Shown here one piece after another: positions 21,401-24,000 of a stretch of 24,000 nt of DNA. Made by a program: the position numbers and the translations under genes. A model generated the notes under the pieces. The model saw only the letters and a program-made list of their open reading frames with translations. It was not told the origin of the DNA and searched no databases. The DNA is from Enterococcus rotai (GTDB lineage: Bacteria; Bacillota; Bacilli; Lactobacillales; Enterococcaceae). The stretch lies in contig NZ_CP013655.1 in the NCBI RefSeq assembly GCF_001465345.1, positions 2,313,741 to 2,337,740 of the forward strand, written 5' to 3'. Numbering within the stretch: position 1 is the first letter of the stretch; the number at the start of each line of letters is the position of its first letter.

Positions 21401-24000
21401 ACCAGAAATTCCAGTCACACCTGTTGAAACACCTGGACGATTAGATGTCACCAAATCCGTCAATGATCAAGCACCAAAAATTGGGGACGAAGTCGAATAC
21501 CGTATCACATTCCGAAATAAAATCACGAACGGTGTTTTAAACCAAGTTACCGTAACGGATACTTTGCCAAAAGGCGTAACCTATGTAGAAGGTAGTTTGA
21601 CCAGTGAAGGAGACGATCCAAAGCCAACAAGCTTAACCATGGAAAATGGTCAATTGACTGCTGAATACGGTATGATCAATGACACCAAAGTCCGTTCAAT
21701 CGTTTTCAAAGTCAAGGTTAACGATGAAGCGAAAATTGGCGAAGCAATCGTCAATAAAGCCAAAATCGATGATCACACCAATCCGCCCGATGAACCAGAA
21801 GTACCGATTGTGCCAGTCATCACACCAGGCGAATTGGAAAGTAGCAAATCAGTGAATAATCAAGCACCGAAAATCGGTGACGAAATTGAGTATCGCATTA
21901 CATTCCGTAATAAAATCACAAACGGTGTCCTAAACCAAGTCACCGTGACCGACACCTTACCAAAAGGCTTAACCTATGTAGAAGGAAGTTTGACCAGTGA
22001 AGGCGCTGATCCACAGCCCACAAGTTTAACGATGGAAAACGGAAAATTAGTCGCTGAATATCCTGAAATCAAGGATACAACCATACGAACGATTAGTTTC
22101 AAAGTCACCGTAAATGCGGAAGCGGTAGTCGGACAACCGATCGTCAATAAAGCGAAAGTTGATGATCATACCAATCCGCCTGACGAACCAGAAGTGCCCG
22201 TCACACCCGTTGTAACACCGGGACAATTAGACGTAACGAAATCAGTCAATCATCAAGCACCAAAAATCGGAGATGAAATCGAATACCGTATTAGTTTCCG
22301 TAACAAAGTCACGAATGGTGTGATCGATCAAGTCACTGTGACCGACACATTACCAAAAGGGTTGACCTATGTAGAAGGTAGCCTAACCAGTGAAGGCGCT
22401 GATCCGATGCCAACAAGCTTGATCATGGAAAATGGCAAAATGACCGCTGAATACCCAAAAATCGACGACAATACCGTCCGCTCTGTTGTGTTCAAAGTCC
22501 GCGTGAACGAAGAAGCGGTAGTCGGACAACCAATCGTCAATCAAGCGATCATCGATGATCACACCAATCCACCGGATGAACCCGAAGTGCCCGTCACACC
22601 AGTCGAAACGCCCGGTGAATTAGAAAGCACTAAATCGGTAAATAACCAATCACCGAAAATTGGGGACGAAGTGGAATATCGTTTGTCTTTCCGTAATAAA
22701 ATTCCGAATGGTGTCTTAAATCAAGTCACAGTGACGGATAGTTTACCAAAAGGCATGACCTATGTAGAAGGCAGCTTAACTAGCGAAGGTGCTGATCCGC
22801 AGCCAACGAGTTTAACAATGGCGAATGGCAAAGTCGTTGCGGAATACCCGAAAATCCAAGACACAACAGTACGAACGATTGTCTTTAAAGTCAAAGTCAA
22901 CGAAGAAGCCATCGTCGGGCAAAAAATCGTGAATAAAATCACCGTGGATGATCATGTCAATCCGCCAGATGAGCCTGAAATTCCAGTTGTCCCAGTCGAA
23001 ACACCGGGACAATTAGACGTCACAAAATCAGTAAATGATCAAGCACCAAAAATCGGGGATGAAATTGAATACCGTATTACCTTCCGCAACAACGTCACAA
23101 ATGGTGTCTTAAACCAAGTCACAGTCACAGATACCCTACCAAAAGGCGTAACATATGTAGAAGGCAGTCTGACAAGCGAAGGTGATGAGCCAAAACCAAC
23201 AAGTTTAACGGTGGAAAATGGCAAACTAGTCGCTGAATACCCAAAAATCAGTGACAACAAAACCCGTTCGATAGTCTTTAAAGTCAAAGTAAACGAAGAA
23301 GCAAAAGTCGGTGAACCAATCGTAAACAAAGCCAAAATCGACGATCACACCAATCCACCGAACGAACCAGAAGTACCTGTAACACCAGTCGAAACACCAG
23401 GAGAACTAGAAAGTACGAAAACGGTGAACAATCAATCACCAAAAATCGGAGATGAAATCGAATATCGAATTCATTTCAACAATAAAATCCCGAATGGTGT
23501 CCTAAACCAAGTCACAGTCACCGATACTCTACCAAAAGGAGTAACATATGTAGAAGGTAGCTTAACGAGTGAAGGCGATGATCCCAAACCAACAAGCTTA
23601 ACCATAACAAATGGCCAGTTGATCGCGGAATACCCGAAAATCACCGACACTAACATTCGTTCAATCGTATTCAAAGTGACCGTCAACGAAGAAGCCGTTA
23701 TCGGACAGCCGATCATCAATAAAGCGAAAATCGATGATCACACAAATCCGCCAGATGAACCAGAAGTCCCAGTGACACCAGTAGAAACCCCTGGCGAATT
23801 AGAAAGTACGAAAACAGTTAATAACCAAGCACCGAAAATTGGGGAAGAAATCGAATATCGAATCAATTTCAATAACAAAATAGCAAAGGGTGTTTTAAAC
23901 CAAGTCACCATCACCGATGTGTTACCAAAAGGTGTAACGTATGTGGAAGGTAGTTTAACCAGTGAAGGGGACGATCCAAAGCCGACAAGCTTAACGATGA
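18408..24000 (+). CDS. Very large secreted surface protein with tandem DUF11 (TIGR01451 conserved-repeat) domains; 3' end outside window
   Basis: It is absent from the ORF track because no stop occurs before the window ends. I checked the frame by hand at 18408, 19071 and every repeat start (all positions divisible by 3). Signal peptide MNKVHRISLNYLAVLMLVIANLLPAASVFA/EG. The repeats read KSVNNQ.PKIGDE.EYRI.FRN...GVLNQVTVTD.LPKG.TYV.GSL. The minus-strand ORFs at 20334-23719 are antisense shadows of this gene. Confidence 0.9.
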   Translation, partial: MNKVHRISLNYLAVLMLVIANLLPAASVFAEGLTKPDENTFDSESLYIKADTKKNETNNKLIDVNYEVTNKSDQPIDHVVLKQKNQNDSPVKFDATTLKSDDQLVAPYDQTIQFDQKENQGEGTELTITTIQPHTTKHLTISAEQTDESIYQFAVEINQADEKVGDITLTLPKNEQEPSNTSLQEKESDSEVAESQSEEPTTATPEDSVATTSEENNQAAPRVQPIGPRIAPTPGRGFDKPIYKSIHKGELFSTGNTNLTPVNEATASAFLNTRAPSSGQAINNFQLKFADVDGDPTTYNSSKAYIDLDGAKEVAWAGLFWSASRFKGPATATNMTDDEISAPVQLTTPNGTVTRVAPQRYHRIDQDATNPGQGFGFNNTGFSNFADVTSILQGDKSATGAYTLADIPMTDFLQGKFQSFNFSGWSLFIVTKDQAKRSRAFNVYYGARGNKAGTNNEFVMKDFLTSKQGKLNPIVTWFTVQGDKFFTGDNAQIQNSAGTWVNISNTINPVGNVMNGTVSDNDQHMVDKYPGQFNPGFPNFLDIDVDRLTLPEGIITNSQKQINFKTTSSGDDYSTNAIGFSINAETPELEVTKEIINPKETYKIGDTVTYRVHLKNTKENTEAVNSLSKDQLDSRLDYVPDSLSIVSGPNAGNKTDATGDDQGEYTAADRAITFRVGEGANATQGGSYKGTTAETVYEFQAKINDTAKGEELIPNSATFQGVDSATNTMIENTSNIVEVKIAPEELVGKLESSKSVNNQSPKIGDEIEYTIQFKNTVPKGILNQVTVTDTLPKGLTYIEDSVTSAGPDPKPTALTVVNGQVTAEYPKIADTETRAISFKVRVNEEAVVGQPIINKAKIDDHTNPPDEPEVPVTPTETPGELESTKSVNNQSPKIGDEVEYRLSFRNKIPNGVLNQVTVTDNLPKGMTYVDGSLTSEGADPQPTSLTMTDGKVVAEYPKIQDTTVRTIVFKVKVNEEAIVGQKIVNKITVDDHVNPPDEPEIPVTPVETPGRLDVTKSVNDQAPKIGDEVEYRITFRNKITNGVLNQVTVTDTLPKGVTYVEGSLTSEGDDPKPTSLTMENGQLTAEYGMINDTKVRSIVFKVKVNDEAKIGEAIVNKAKIDDHTNPPDEPEVPIVPVITPGELESSKSVNNQAPKIGDEIEYRITFRNKITNGVLNQVTVTDTLPKGLTYVEGSLTSEGADPQPTSLTMENGKLVAEYPEIKDTTIRTISFKVTVNAEAVVGQPIVNKAKVDDHTNPPDEPEVPVTPVVTPGQLDVTKSVNHQAPKIGDEIEYRISFRNKVTNGVIDQVTVTDTLPKGLTYVEGSLTSEGADPMPTSLIMENGKMTAEYPKIDDNTVRSVVFKVRVNEEAVVGQPIVNQAIIDDHTNPPDEPEVPVTPVETPGELESTKSVNNQSPKIGDEVEYRLSFRNKIPNGVLNQVTVTDSLPKGMTYVEGSLTSEGADPQPTSLTMANGKVVAEYPKIQDTTVRTIVFKVKVNEEAIVGQKIVNKITVDDHVNPPDEPEIPVVPVETPGQLDVTKSVNDQAPKIGDEIEYRITFRNNVTNGVLNQVTVTDTLPKGVTYVEGSLTSEGDEPKPTSLTVENGKLVAEYPKISDNKTRSIVFKVKVNEEAKVGEPIVNKAKIDDHTNPPNEPEVPVTPVETPGELESTKTVNNQSPKIGDEIEYRIHFNNKIPNGVLNQVTVTDTLPKGVTYVEGSLTSEGDDPKPTSLTITNGQLIAEYPKITDTNIRSIVFKVTVNEEAVIGQPIINKAKIDDHTNPPDEPEVPVTPVETPGELESTKTVNNQAPKIGEEIEYRINFNNKIAKGVLNQVTITDVLPKGVTYVEGSLTSEGDDPKPTSLTM
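20652..24000 (+). repeat. In-frame 393-bp (131-codon) tandem repeat, 8 full units plus 1 partial
   Basis: Unit starts are at 20652, 21045, 21438, 21831, 22224, 22617, 23010, 23403 and 23796. Landmark motifs recur at an exact 393-bp spacing (for example 20670, 21063, 21456 and so on to 23814). Confidence 0.9.

Noticed and set aside
20334-23719. Minus-strand ORFs 20334..20567, 20720..20977, 22760..22942, 22812..23012, 23039..23335 and 23471..23719. Several share a conserved-looking sequence (…IFGYSA..WP…VGLGS.PSLV.LPSTYVTPFG.VSVTVTWF…).
   Set aside because: They are antisense shadows of the single long + strand ORF (18408 to beyond 24000). Their apparent conservation only mirrors the 393-bp coding repeats. 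The + frame has a promoter, an RBS, a signal peptide and recognisable DUF11 repeats. The minus ORFs have none of these.
20652-24000. A regular repeat array that might be mistaken for a CRISPR or satellite array
   Set aside because: The period is 393 bp with no short repeat/spacer alternation. It is in-frame, with protein-level conservation, and no cas genes are present. It is a coding domain repeat.

Overview
This looks like a chromosome segment from a low-GC Gram-positive bacterium. I judge it Lactobacillales/Enterococcus-like from the WxL/DUF916 cluster, the GGAGG-type ribosome-binding sites and the LXG module; no search was run.

Layout:
- (1) 1-3826: a WxL surface-protein cluster. It holds two WxL proteins, a DUF916/DUF3324 protein, a polybasic membrane protein and a signal-peptidase-I homolog whose catalytic Lys appears replaced by Arg.
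- (2) About 3874-16992: an AT-rich accessory region bracketed by two nearly identical hairpin terminators. It contains:
  - a 5'-truncated minus-strand ORF plus a small membrane protein;
  - a type VIIb-secretion LXG toxin operon (Lap1-like, Lap2-like, LXG toxin with a glycine-zipper-like hydrophobic C-terminus);
  - five tandem paralogous membrane immunity-like genes, several still preceded by stubs of the toxin 3' end;
  - a DUF4176 gene and a further membrane protein whose 5' end is duplicated 6.2 kb upstream;
  - an orphan 665-aa P-loop ATPase;
  - a convergent type II restriction-modification pair (PD-(D/E)XK-like nuclease plus an HTH-fused C5 cytosine methyltransferase);
  - a hypothetical membrane-anchored protein.
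- (3) 17035-18130: a small minus-strand gene with a structured leader. Upstream of it lie two tandem ~300-bp units, each with a promoter-to-terminator structured RNA candidate on the + strand.
- (4) 18408 to beyond 24000: a giant secreted surface protein. It is missing from the ORF track because it has no stop in the window. It carries at least 9 tandem 393-bp DUF11-type repeats.

No T7SS core genes, tRNA, rRNA, CRISPR array, transposase or integrase were seen. All family assignments come from motif recognition by eye.
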